NCBI RefSeq assembly: GCF_009914755.1
Contig: NC_060927.1
Strand: one strand, 5' to 3'
DNA from: the human T2T-CHM13v2.0 reference genome, Homo sapiens
DNA: 64,000 bases
How positions within the stretch are numbered: the stretch's first letter is position 1; each line of letters starts with the position of its first letter. The translations under genes were made by a program, and so were the position numbers. Positions 1 to 13,010 of this stretch are shown one piece after another. The notes beneath the pieces were generated by a model. The model made no database searches and was not told the origin of the DNA. It saw only the letters and a program-made list of their open reading frames with translations.

Positions 1-1276
1 AATAAATGGTCACAAAACATTTGGAAAGATGCTCAACTTCACTAGTATTTAAAGAAATACAAAGTAAAATGAGAGTAATCTGGCAATATCTTTGAAAATT
101 TACTGTCAGAGATTTTCTTCTATATGGACTTGCAGATAGTGAACTTAGAAATTGTACGTGTGGTCATTTGCTTTTACAAACTGGCTTTTTCCTTACTCTG
201 ATTTTATCAGGCAGCATTAGATGAAACATCTTAAAAGACTCACATTATTTTCAGTTGTATCGGAAGTACAATCAAACTGGAAGTTTGGTGGAAGTCCACC
301 TTTCTGCATTTTGCAGGCTAACATCCTGCAGGGAGATCTCACCCAGGCTATTCCACTGACCAGCCACCTCACCTTGGGTCAGCTCAGGCTCTGAGTTCGG
401 ATGATTACTCTTAAAAGCAGGGGCTAGGAGGTGAGGTGATCTTTAAGGTCTTTTCTTGTTCTATGAATCTGTAATTAGAAGTCTTACCACAAGTGTTTAG
501 TATTTATCCTCTTTAGAGTCTCTAAGTTCAAGGTTTAAGTGTGATTCATATCAAATCACCTTTCACCTTTCTCTGCCAGTAAATACTCAAATAAGCTGAA
601 CTCCTTCCCAACCAGCAGCAATCCCTGTAAAGGCAAGTCACCCACGCACGGAAATGTTTCCCACACTGCTATTTTTTTTTTTTTTTTTTTTTTTAGGTAG
701 ACACAAGGTTCTCCAGGCCACCTTTAAAGTTTACATTTAAGGCAAGAAATCATAGGTTCCCACGTGGAATTGGGATAAAACACAGAGGTGGGAGAGCTGT
801 GGACTCATCTTAATGTCAAATAAGTTTACAGGGGCTGATGGGAGAGGAAGGAGGATGCTTTGTGCCCCTATCCTAACCAAGCTCCACTCTGTCCCCGTCT
901 CTGAGGGGTCTCCCTTCTGGTGCTCCCCTCCTAACTCTCCTGCCTCGCTGTGGCGTGCGGATTCATTTTCTTCCACACATCCGCTTTCTTCTTGTTTGGG
1001 AGACGACTCCAGAAAGAGCCAACACAGCCTACGATGAGAACCCCTGTGCTGCACGTGGGTACCATCAAAGCAGCAAACGTCCTAAAAGCTTTTTGCACTT
1101 TAGGTTACTTTGTAGGCAAGGCCCACAGAGACGAAAGATGGCTTGAAAAATGCTGAAGAAATATTATAAATGTGTATCTTTGCAGAACAGCAATTCTAGT
1201 ACTATTACTATTCTTATTTCTATTCATTAGGTATACTGTTACTTTTGTTCACATTTTCTGATGAATCACAACTTAC

Positions 1277-1400
1277 ATCCATAAGCTGTCAACAGTTCTT
1301 CCGATGTTGGAGGTCGGTGGGGATCTTCATCCTCTCTAGGCGTTATGATGTTAATGCCATAGGTAGCTTCTAAAACATGTCTTGGAATATTCTGGCAAAC
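1277..1400 (-). CDS. LSG1: LSG1 exon 11 (VCQNIPRH...LLTAYG); gene continues beyond left edge
   Basis: 124 nt; AC acceptor (CTAC|GTT), donor T|GTAAGT; seen in ORF 1266-1454. Confidence 0.95.
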
Positions 1401-1912
1401 GTAGCTTGTCAGGGAATCCATTCTCTTGAACGGACTCCCTCCTCCCCATGGCATACAAATCGTGCCTCAAAGAACATGGCACTTCATTCCGCGTGTGACA
1501 AACACTCTCTCCTCTCCAAAGGAAGAGGATAGTTTTTGATTAATCTAAAAAGACTCAGTTGTTTTTTCCCTTTTAAACAAGGCCTTAAGCTCCCACGACT
1601 TTTCCATATGAATTCATTTAAAATAGTAATTTAAAATATATCTGAAACAGACTTTAAAGATGACACATTTTTACCCTGAAAAGATTACGCATTTGTGATT
1701 CTAATTTAGAGATAAAGCAAGGGGAGTCTCTGTTTCTAATGCCTACAGTTATGCAGGATTACTTTTCCTCCTTTGTCTCATCTCCCATAGTTTGTCCAAA
1801 TTTTCCTTAAGCCACTAACAATATTCTACCTTGTACTAGAGTTATTCAAGTACATGCCTCATGTGCCCCAACAGACTGATGCTTCGTAAAGGGCAGGAGC
1901 CATCTCTATTTA

Positions 1913-2357
<445 letters not shown>

Positions 2358-2468
2358 TTATGAAGGGAATTTTACTCTACTTACAAGCCAGCGGATTAGT
2401 GTGCCAATTTCATGAAGTCTCCTATTTTCTGCTAGTATCTACAAAACAATAATAGACTAACTTATTAG

Positions 2469-2827
<359 letters not shown>

Positions 2828-2909
2828 TAACAAATCCATCTTTGAGTCTTTTTTCCATGCCGGGCACTGTCCTAGATGCTTTATGTAAGTTAATTCATTA
2901 TGCTGCTGA

Positions 2910-3115
2910 GAGGTAGCAGAGTTCCTAATTTACTGCTTACTAGCTATAAGAGCTTAGATAAATTATTTAACTTCTCTGTGCCTCAGTTTCCTCAAGTTTG
3001 AGGAAATGGGAATAACAGCAGTATCTGCCTTAAGCGTTGCTTTTTGAGGACTAAAAGGTATTTGGTAAGGGTTTAGAAAAGCACATAGCAAGTATTCAAT
3101 ATATGTTAGCTATAC
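2910..3115 (+). mobile_element. MIR
   Basis: core TTAACTTCTCTGTGCCTCAGTTTCCTCA...AAATGGGAATAA. Confidence 0.7.
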
Positions 3116-3476
3116 TGATTAAATATAATCAACCGTGAGATAGATTTTCCCCCACTTAGAGAAAAGGAAAGTATTTGGGAAGGTTAAGCAAGTTTTCCAA
3201 GGTCATTCAAACGGTTACATGGCATTGTTAAATAGGTTTGCAACTTGGAACTGAGTATCTGAAACCTGGATTCTCCCATTTCTTCAAGGCTACACTGCTG
3301 AAATCAGGAAATGAGGTTCTATTCTGAAGTTCTCATGCTATCTCACAGTATAAACTTGTGCAGATCACTAGTATTTTCAATTCTTCATCAAATCTGAATC
3401 CCTCAAATGCCCAAAATAAACCTGAAGCCCTAATATGCACGTAATAACTAGAGTGTTTCCAAAGCAGAAAGGATAT

Positions 3477-3620
3477 TAGTGATACAGGAGGAACATGATC
3501 TCTCATCTGATCAATTGGGAGGATTCCGCTGCAAGTCATTTCTGCCTTGGTAGACACAAAAGATGGCATCACCAAGCCAGGACAGTCACACAGGCAGAGG
3601 CCAGGCTCCACATAGAGAGT
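3477..3620 (-). CDS. LSG1: LSG1 exon 10, G3 (DCPG)
   Basis: 144 nt TLYVEPGLCLCDCPG...HVPPVSL; CCAG|ACT acceptor; ends at U12 donor CTA|ATATCCTTT. Confidence 0.96.
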
Positions 3621-3710
3621 CTGGAAGACAAGCAAGAGGTTTGAGCTGGGTATACAACAGATAAAAGGAAGAAAGAGCTGCATGCAAGTGGCAAAGCACC
3701 ACAGAAATAC

Positions 3711-3812
3711 CTGAAAGTGCTTTGTGTGACCAGGTGTGGCAGACACAGATACTTTCTTGTTGCCCATGATGGTGTTGATTGTTGAACTCTTACCAACATT
3801 AGGGTAGCCCAC
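3711..3812 (-). CDS. LSG1: LSG1 exon 9, G1 P-loop (GYPNVGKS) and G2 (TPGHT)
   Basis: 102 nt; CTAG|GTG acceptor, CAG|GTATT donor; seen in ORF 3333-3812. Confidence 0.97.
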
Positions 3813-5322
3813 CTAGAAGAGACTCAGAAGTTACCAAACAGTAAAACAGTACATCTATCAAAAGACTCAAAGATATGACATAGATGGTGGCAAGACTAGC
3901 ATAAGCATCTGGTTACTTTAGAAAATTATTTGAAATCCATGCTGTGTTTGTTGAGACATCTTTTTTCTCCTGTGGTGTGGGTATATTTATTCAGACACAT
4001 CTCCAGTGACAAATGGCCAAGTTATGCACATTTTAATATTATATGTTTTGCTGTTAACAGCAGATGCTACAGAAAATTTCATCCCCTTGTTCCCAGCCTT
4101 CCCTCACTGCCCCATCTACAGACAGTGGTTTCCATCGCATCTTCCACACTGGGTGAGGCTGATCGGATGGACATTTGAATAATCACAACACACAATTATT
4201 TTTAATTTTCAGTCACGTTTTAGTTAAAGCCAAGTGGAATGTCTGGCACGTGGCAGGTGATCAATAAGTGTGCAGAATTTCTAGAGTAAGAAATTCAGAA
4301 AATGAGGGAGGATGCTCAGTTTTTCCATAAATGTGAGAAAACTTGTAGAGAAGCTGAACTTTCTGATACAAATTTTTAGCAACAATATAGAGAATGAAGC
4401 TTTAAAGCTCAGAGACATTAAGCAACTTTCCCCGTGTTCCTAACAAGTTAGTTCTACTGCTGAATTGGGAATTACACCTAGGTCTGTCTGATTCCACAGA
4501 CAGCTCTTTTAACTACTGCACTAAAATAAGATGCTAATCTACTGTAGTCATTTTAAACAGGCATTTTGGGGCAGGGGGTTGGGGCAGAGAGAAGGGGGCT
4601 CAAAACTAACTAGGATTAGCTACACTTAGCATGTAACTGAAAAGCTGGGAGACTTTAAACATGCCATGACCTCCTTTCCCTCACTGTTATATTCTGGATA
4701 GGTCTTTATAATCAATACCTTCTCTAACATCTCACATCTCCTTAGCTAAGGATGGGGCCATCTAGAGCCATGTCGTAGCCCCTCGGGGTTTGCGCACTTC
4801 CGCAGCCACTTCTGGAATTAGGGTATGTAAGGCTGGGGATGGGATCTGCTTTCCCCTATCTACTATGCAGTGTTTATGCAACTAATGCATTTGTCATATT
4901 TCGTCCAGCCCCAAGATGCTGGGATTCTCCCTATTAAGCATCTGGAACATTTACAGCATAAGCTGGCAAGGATCACAGGGTGCCCAAAGAACACTGGGCT
5001 GAAGTCTGAAGACAACATTAACATCTCTCTCATTCTGCTGTCTTGGTACTTCACACGGCAGGAAAAGCTGAACTGAAAGGAGACTGGAGAATACATTCAA
5101 TGTGAATAGGTATGTTACCAACACAGGCCTTGAGGAAGTTGATTCCTTTGAGTTGGGCTCTGTCTATCCCACTGCCTAATCCCGTGATGCCAGTGGGCAA
5201 CAAGAGGGCAATGTTCCCTACGATGCCGGAAGCCTGGTTGGTCTTTGGGGTCGTGCAGCTACTGAAAAATGGGGATTAAAGACAATCACGTGGTAACAAT
5301 GTTATGACATATGTCATCTTAC

Positions 5323-5736
5323 CAGTCCGACCGTAAGTTGCCCATCTTTCACCTTTCTCCCAGTGTGTAGCTCCTTAAAGAGCTCCAGTAACTCCTGCTT
5401 GGATACCAGATGGCTAAAATTGTGTATCTGCCTCTTCTGTGGGGTTTTCCTGCTCCGAGCCTCAGAATCTGCAGTAGAGCTTTCCTTCCAGTCCTGGCTG
5501 CAGTCCTCTTCCTTGGGACCGTCTTCTTCTGAGCACGTCTGCCAGTCGTCTTCCTCCTCCTCTGGACAGTCCTCATACTCACTGTCATCTTCATCCGTTG
5601 TGGGATTTTCACTAAGTGAAGGAGAATCCCTAGCTGGGAGATGTTCGGATTCACTGTGGGAAATTTCAGCCTGGTCGAAACTGGAATGTCCAAACTCAGT
5701 TGTGTTGCTTTGTCTATCATCTCTGTTTGCCTCTTC
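5323..5736 (-). CDS. LSG1: LSG1 exon 8 (acidic insertion EEANRDD...GQLTVGL)
   Basis: 414 nt, 138 codons, open; TCAG|GAA acceptor, CTG|GTAAG donor. Confidence 0.96.
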
Positions 5737-5801
5737 CTGACAAAATAATAGAAACGCTCAGAAGTATATAACTGCAGTTTCCACTCTAGTAAAAATACTT
5801 A

Positions 5802-6200
<399 letters not shown>

Positions 6201-6348
6201 TCAGTGCCGTGACAGACAACCATCGAGGGTGGCGCCCTCCTGGAGGGGAGAATTGGACCTTCCCTTCACTTTTTACTTTATATGTTTCTATACTATTTGA
6301 ACTCTGTACAAAGAACATGTATTACTTTTGTAATTTAAAATAACTCTA

Positions 6349-6508
6349 GGCCGGGTGCTACGGCTCACGCCTGTAATCCCAGCGCTTGGGTGGCGGAGGT
6401 GGGAGGATCGCTCAAGGCCAGGAATTCAAAACCAGTCTGGGCAACACAGCAAGACTGGGTGTCTACAAAAACAAACAGAAAACCACCACCACAACAACAA
6501 CAACAAAA
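6349..6508 (+). mobile_element. free left Alu monomer (FLAM-like)
   Basis: left monomer only, followed by an A/C-rich tail. Confidence 0.8.
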
Positions 6509-7099
6509 CTCTTCAAAGACAGCAAGGGGAAAAGCTTATGTTAAACTGAACTCTTGGCAGTACGTTATTTTGCAATGGGCTGCATGATAAAACAAAGCAT
6601 TTCTCAGGAACAACAACACATTTAACATACTCCTCTCTGCACAAAGCAAGGGCAGACTTTGGCATTTGCAGTTCATTTTACATTTGTATTTTTAAAGACG
6701 GTGGTTGGCATGTTTAAAGAAATCTGCTCTTCTCTCATAATTGCTTTTAGAAGTCAAAGCACCATGGAGCACACACAGATCCCTGTGTGTGAAATGTGGC
6801 AGCAAAACTCAACTCCACATGTGGAAATTATTTACTGATGAAAGATTCCCTTTGGAAAGCGAAAGGTACAAATCATTTACTACTCAAGGGTGTGTTAATT
6901 CTTCTGAATCCCTCTTGACAACAAAGCAGAAATAAGGGTGAATTTGTCGGGACTTGAAAGTGATGGAAACCTGGTATCATTTCCAAGTAGCTTTGTTAGA
7001 ATGATTAACAGTCACAGAAGGGGACACGATGAACTCAAACATGTATCCTAAATCTTAAGAAAGCAGAAATAAAAACAAAATGTCAGGAAAAATAGGTAT

Positions 7100-8060
7100 G
7101 ATTTAACAATCAAGCCTGGCAACTCAAAAAGAACCCTGGCTTATGAGAGAAATATAGAACTGGAAGCAATTTCTATGGTAAATGAGCAGCGAAGGTAAAG
7201 AAGTCAGTGTCGTCACTGTGGGCTCTTTTGAGTCATTTTCAAATATGAAAGTAGCATAAAGACAAGAATGTGAACTGAACATGAATGTGTAGTAGAAAAA
7301 CTACAGCGGGGAGCAGTTCAGCTTCAGGAAAAGTACTAAAGACAATCAAAGGACTTTGCCGTAATTATGTTAAAAATTAAAAGAAAGAAGGAAAAAGTCA
7401 AGCTTTCGGGGAACACAGTGCAATTTCAAGGTGACCAAAGGAAACCAGAGATACTCAACTCAGAATTGGCCTATGTCTTTTGAAAAATGTCACATTTTTT
7501 CAGAACATTCACGTTTTTCAAACAACTGAAGTTGAACAACTATAGAAGATGACCCAAACTTCCAGGCAAGAAAACAGTGAATATCAGGCTACTTCTAATA
7601 CATTCATGTTTGATACCCAAATTACAGATATTAGTATCAAGTTACAAGTAAGACTTCACAACCTGAGAAATCATGGAAAACAGCAGAGTCCAGAAAACTT
7701 GGGAGAAGCAAATGGCGCCTCACTCTTAAAAAGGAGGAAAGAATATCTTCCATAAACTATACACTGTTAATCCAGACACTGACATTAAAACAATTCTACA
7801 GGTGACCTGGTGAGCCCTAAAAATAAGACAGTCATCAACAGGAGGCAGTGAGTTCCCTGAAAACTGATCATGCAAAAAATTTCATTTCCCTTTGTTATCT
7901 TGGTTAGTAAATCAAGAAGGCCACAGATGCAGAAACTAATCTCTTCCATTTTTGATAGGGTTATTGCATCAGGGCAGAGCAATATAATGATAAGTATCTA
8001 TTTTAAAACTTCACCAAGACATTGACTTCCAGGAAAGACTGGAAACAATAGAAATAATGG
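7100..8060 (+). mobile_element. ancient L3/CR1 LINE fragment (continues at ~10100-10520 beyond the L1)
   Basis: degenerate resemblance to the CR1 RT segment (WRRANV.PIFKKG..NYRPVSL) near 7670-7870; boundaries approximate. Confidence 0.55.
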
Positions 8061-8286
8061 TTTAACAGGGCAAACTATTCTTCTGCCTAAGAATGGTAAG
8101 TATCTATACTTACTGCCGAGAAGACTAAATGAGTAAAATATGTAAAGTGTTTAGAATAGTGGTGTCTGGTAAAGAATATGTTTTTATTAACTGATTAATT
8201 TTATGGGTTAGTTTTAATTATAGTAATAATTATTATTGGTATATTCTTGTGAATATATCTATATTCACATAAAAACGCTTGGCATA

Positions 8287-9789
8287 AGTCAATCCTAAGC
8301 CAAAAGAACAAAGCTGGAGGCATCACGCTACCTGACTTCAAACTATACTACAAGGCTACAGTAACCAAAACAGCATGGTACTGGTACCAAAACAGAGATA
8401 TAGACCAATGGAACAGAACAGAGCCCTCAGAAATAATGCCACACATCTACAATTATCTGATCTTTGACAAACCTGACAAAAACAAGCAATGGGGAAAGGA
8501 TTCCCTATTTAATATATGGTGCTGGGAAAACTGGCTAGCCATATGTAGAAAGCTGAAACTGGATCCCTCCCTTACACCTTACACAAAAATTAATTCACGA
8601 TGGATTAAAGACTTACATGTTAGACCTAAAACCATAAAAACCCTAGAAGAAAACCTAGGCAATACCATTCAGGACACAGGCATGGGCAAGGACTTCATGT
8701 CTAAAACACCAAAAGCAATGGCAACAAAAGCCAAAATTGACAAATGGGATCTAATTAAACTAAACAGCTTCTGCACAGCAAAAGAAACCACCATCAGAGT
8801 GAACAGGCAACCTACAGAATGGGAGAAAATTTTTGCAACCTACTCATCTGACAAAGGGCTAATATCCAGAATCTACAAAGAACTCCAACAAATTTACAAG
8901 AAAAAAACAAACAACCCCATCAAAAAGTGGGTGAAGGATATGAACAGACACTTCTCAAAAGAAGACATTTATGCAGCCAAAAAACATGTGAAAAAATGCT
9001 CATCATCACTGGCCATCAGAGACATGCAAATCAAAACCACAATGAGATACCATCTCACACCAGTTAGAATGGCGATCATTAAAAAATCAGGAAACTACAG
9101 GTGCTGGAGAGGATGTGGAGAAATAGGAAAACTTTTACACTGTTGGTGGGACTGTAAACTAGTTCAACCCTTGTGGAAGTCAGTGTGGCAATTCCTCAGG
9201 GATCTAGAACTAGAAATACCATTTGACCCAGCCATCCCATTACTGGGTATATACCCAAAGGATTATAAATCATGCTGCTATAAAGACACATGCACACGTA
9301 TGTTTATTGCAGCACTATTCACAATAGCAAAGACTTGGAAACAACCCAAATGTCCAACAATGATAGACTGGATTAAGAAAATGTGGCACATATACACCAT
9401 GGAATACTATGCAGCCATAAAAAATGATGAGTTCATGTCCTTTGTAGGGACGTGGATGAAGCTGGAAACCATCATTCTCAGCAAACTATTGCAAGGACAA
9501 AAAACCAAACACCGCATATTCTCACTCATAGGTGGGAATTGAACGATGAGAACACATGGATACAGGAACAGGAACATCACACGCCGGGGACTGTTGTGGG
9601 GTGGGGGGAGAGGGGAGGGATAACATTAAGAGATATACCTAATGCTAAATGACAAGTTAATGGGTGCAGCACACCAACATGGCACATGTATATATACGTA
9701 ACAAACCTGCACATTGTGCACATGTACCCTAAAACTTAAAGTAGAATAATAGTAAAATTAAAAAGAAAAAAAAGGCAACCTTAAAAAAA
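8287..9789 (+). mobile_element. 5'-truncated young L1 (L1PA3-like): ORF2 C-terminus, 3'UTR, A-tail
   Basis: ORF 8436-9542 is the L1 ORF2 C-terminus (CWRGCGE..HCWWDC zinc knuckle, ends LIGGN*); G-rich 3'UTR; 16-bp TSD AAAAACGCTTGGCATA at 8271-8286 and 9790-9805. Confidence 0.97.
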
Positions 9790-10740
9790 AAAAACGCTTG
9801 GCATAGAGTGCTGCTAGTAAGTCCACAAAAGATCACAGAGCTGTATCCTTGGACCTAGCCTGTTCAACGATGTTATCAATGACACAAAAATTCACAGTTA
9901 GAAGGCAAGGAAATGCTAACTGCACACTCTAAAATGAACTCTACCTTGGTACTAAACCATTAACATATTTAAAAGGAACAGTACTCTCCTAAGTTGAGGT
10001 AAAACAGAACAAATATCTTTCCATATAAAGATGGGATGAGGTTTGCTTAGTAAGTTTTTTTTTTTTTTTTTTTTTTGATATTTGAGGGATTCGGTTGCTC
10101 ACAGGTTTAATGAGCCAAGAGCAAACAGCTTCTGAAAGGGGATGAACTAACAGAAACTGAATTAATGTGACTATCCTGATCACAAGAAATATGAATGCTG
10201 TGTATACGCCCTAGGCAAATACCACCTGGAATAACGTATTCAATTAGGTGTGGCTAGTTTTGCCTGTGGTCCTGACGCAAGAAGACAGGCACCCAGGATG
10301 GGTGTCCCGGAGCTGGTGTCTATGAGGAATATGAAAGCTGAAAATGCACAGCTGCAGGAGAGAACCAAAGGGACAAAGAGTCCTCAGATCAAAGGGTAGG
10401 GTGGCTGACTTCGTTTCACTGAATGGAAGAACTTTCTACATTTAGAGGTAAAAAGAAACGAGTTACCTGGTCTCAAGCATCCTGTCGCTTAAAATAGTCA
10501 AAGAGAAATATGCAACTTTGACAGGGAAGTGGAGGAAGAAACTCCTTCACATAGTTAGAGGTGAGAGCTTATATACTGAGCTCATGGAGGGGAGGGTGTT
10601 GTATTCATAACCCAGCTCAACACACACTCCACAGTCAACAGATGCCTGATAAACAGAGACGGGAGAAAAGGACAGGGAAAAAGACAGTACTTCCTAAGTC
10701 TCTCCATCTCTACGATTCTAATTACTAATTTCTTTTCATA

Positions 10741-11045
<305 letters not shown>

Positions 11046-11556
11046 CTCTTATAGATATTATTTTATTCAAAAGTAAAAATAAAGCCCAAACTACTTTTGC
11101 AAAATTTGGGCTAAAAGATAAAATATGTGGTATATCCTAATTTAGGGTTACTTAGTTTCTCTGTTTTCAAAACAAAGTCAAAAGAGATTCTAATCAAGTC
11201 CTGAGAACTGACTACATCCTTCAGTTGTACTCTTGTGTTCTGACTTCTCTTAAAAGCAGTTACAGGGTCATTGTGGAACTTCCTATACAATTTCCTGTCT
11301 ACAACCTTTTAAAAAAATTTAAAAATACAGCTAATATCAGTGTGTAACAACACTGGAGATGTCAGACTGTCCAACAACCACAGAAAAAGTAACTTTGTGA
11401 TTCACTTTCTATAGGTCATCCTAATCCAGCACACAGGGGAAAAACTCTAATTCCCACAGATTTTCAATAAGAATAAACAAAACACAAACGAAGCACATTA
11501 ACAAGAAATCAAAATTCCCCTCTTTGAAAGCCAACCTAAAATGTCCCTCAGGTTAC

Positions 11557-11733
11557 CTCAGAGTCACCATTCAGGGGAATGGCTCCGGCCAAAGCTGACC
11601 AGAAAATAACCTTCACATCTTCTTTTTCGAAGTACATGGCCCAGGCACTCCGCTGCTCAGCAGTCAGCAAGTCTGCCTTGTTGATCAGAATGACGTTCTC
11701 CTTATTGGCATCCATTTCTTTCACATAACATTC
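11557..11733 (-). CDS. LSG1: LSG1 exon 7 (ECYVKE...NKAD...GDSE), contains G4
   Basis: 177 nt, 59 codons; NKAD G4 motif preceding G1 (circular permutation); CTTAG|GAA, GAG|GTAAC. Confidence 0.97.
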
Positions 11734-11959
11734 CTAAGCAAGACAAAGAGATTTAGAAAGACCTCTTCAAACAAGTAAAAAATGAGGCTAATTATATTAA
11801 AGATCCCAATACAAGTTTTTACTGCCCCCAGTTTTAAATCATTTCCTAATTTAAACATTTTTAATCATGACACATTATACTAATCCTTTCAGTAAGCTTT
11901 GAAAAGAAGTTCCACCATTAATATTTTTGTTATGCACCAGTGGGTTTAAAAATAATCTG

Positions 11960-12088
11960 GGCCAGGCATGGGGGCTCACGCCTGTAATTCCAGCACTTTG
12001 GGAGGCGGAGGAGGGAGGATTGCTTGAGCCCAGGAGTTCGAGACCAGCCTGGGCAACATGACAAGATCCTGTCTCTACAAAAAATTAG
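11960..12088 (+). mobile_element. left Alu monomer (FLAM/AluJ-like)
   Basis: GGCCAGGCATGGGGGCTCACGCC...CTCTACAAAAAATTAG. Confidence 0.85.
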
Positions 12089-12671
12089 ATCTATAAGATA
12101 GTAATAAATAAATAAATAATATGTATTACAGTTCTCAAAAAGAAATATGAATACCTCACATATTATACAATGTTTTGTTAACTAACCCAAAGCTGTATTA
12201 CATTATTTCATGGGACTCTCACACGTTAGTTATCAGCCCCTGTGGTGTTTCATAAACTTAGTTCACTTGTAAAATACCACAGGGAGTCATAACTAAAGTG
12301 TGAGAAGACAGAACCTTATGGGATGAATTAAAAAGTGAAGTGACCGGCAATATGCTAAAATAAATAAAATACTATTTCAACTGGTGTTCCCTGACAAATG
12401 GGAAACCGGCAAATGCCTTAAGTGGCTTCTAAACTAAAAGCTAGAAAGCTCATTTAAGTGTCTGTGCCTTCCTGCAGATGGACACCATTGTTTGAGAAAA
12501 CATCTGTCTCAACAGTGGCGTTCTGCAAGCTCCTGGCCTTGGAAGGAGGGAAGGCCTCACTAAACGAAGCCAGAGAGGGCAGAATGTATGCCTACAGTCA
12601 TTGCTGAGGGATGCGGTGCTGGCACTGCTACTCAAAGGACTGATGTTTGAATTTTGTCAAACTTGACTTAC

Positions 12672-12732
12672 CAAATCCTCACATCTAAACAGGAGTGGGT
12701 TTCGAGCATCTACTATCTGGACCACAATATCA
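12672..12732 (-). CDS. LSG1: LSG1 exon 6 (DIVVQIVDARNPLLFRCEDL)
   Basis: 61 nt; DAR motif of YlqF/YawG-family GTPases; TTCAG|T acceptor, TTG|GTAAG donor. Confidence 0.97.
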
Positions 12733-12819
12733 CTGAAAAACAAACACGAGATAGACCAATCACCGTGAAGTGAAAGGGATTTTACTAACCACATAATAAT
12801 GGCCAGAGTAGCAAACCCT

Positions 12820-13010
12820 GGCAATATATTAAGCACTGGACATATATTAACTTTTTAAGGTATAATTATTCCCGGTTTATATATGAGTGACTTAAGGCTC
12901 AGAGCAGTTAAGTAACTTGCCCAAGGCCACCAGCTAGTAAGTAACACAGCCAGAATGGGAGCCCAGGCAGCCTGGACCAGAGGTGATGCTCTTAATCATA
13001 ACGTGCTATT
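12820..13010 (-). mobile_element. MIR
   Basis: AGGCTCAGAGCAGTTAAGTAACTTGCCCAAGGCCACCAGCTAGTAAG. Confidence 0.75.

Noticed and set aside
870-1160. CpG-retaining unique segment in LSG1 intron 11 as an alternative exon
   Set aside because: Acceptor-like site at ~1153 but no good donor and no LSG1-like translation
8436-9542. 368-aa ORF as an independent gene
   Set aside because: It is the C-terminal part of L1 ORF2 in a 5'-truncated copy with no promoter, endonuclease or RT core
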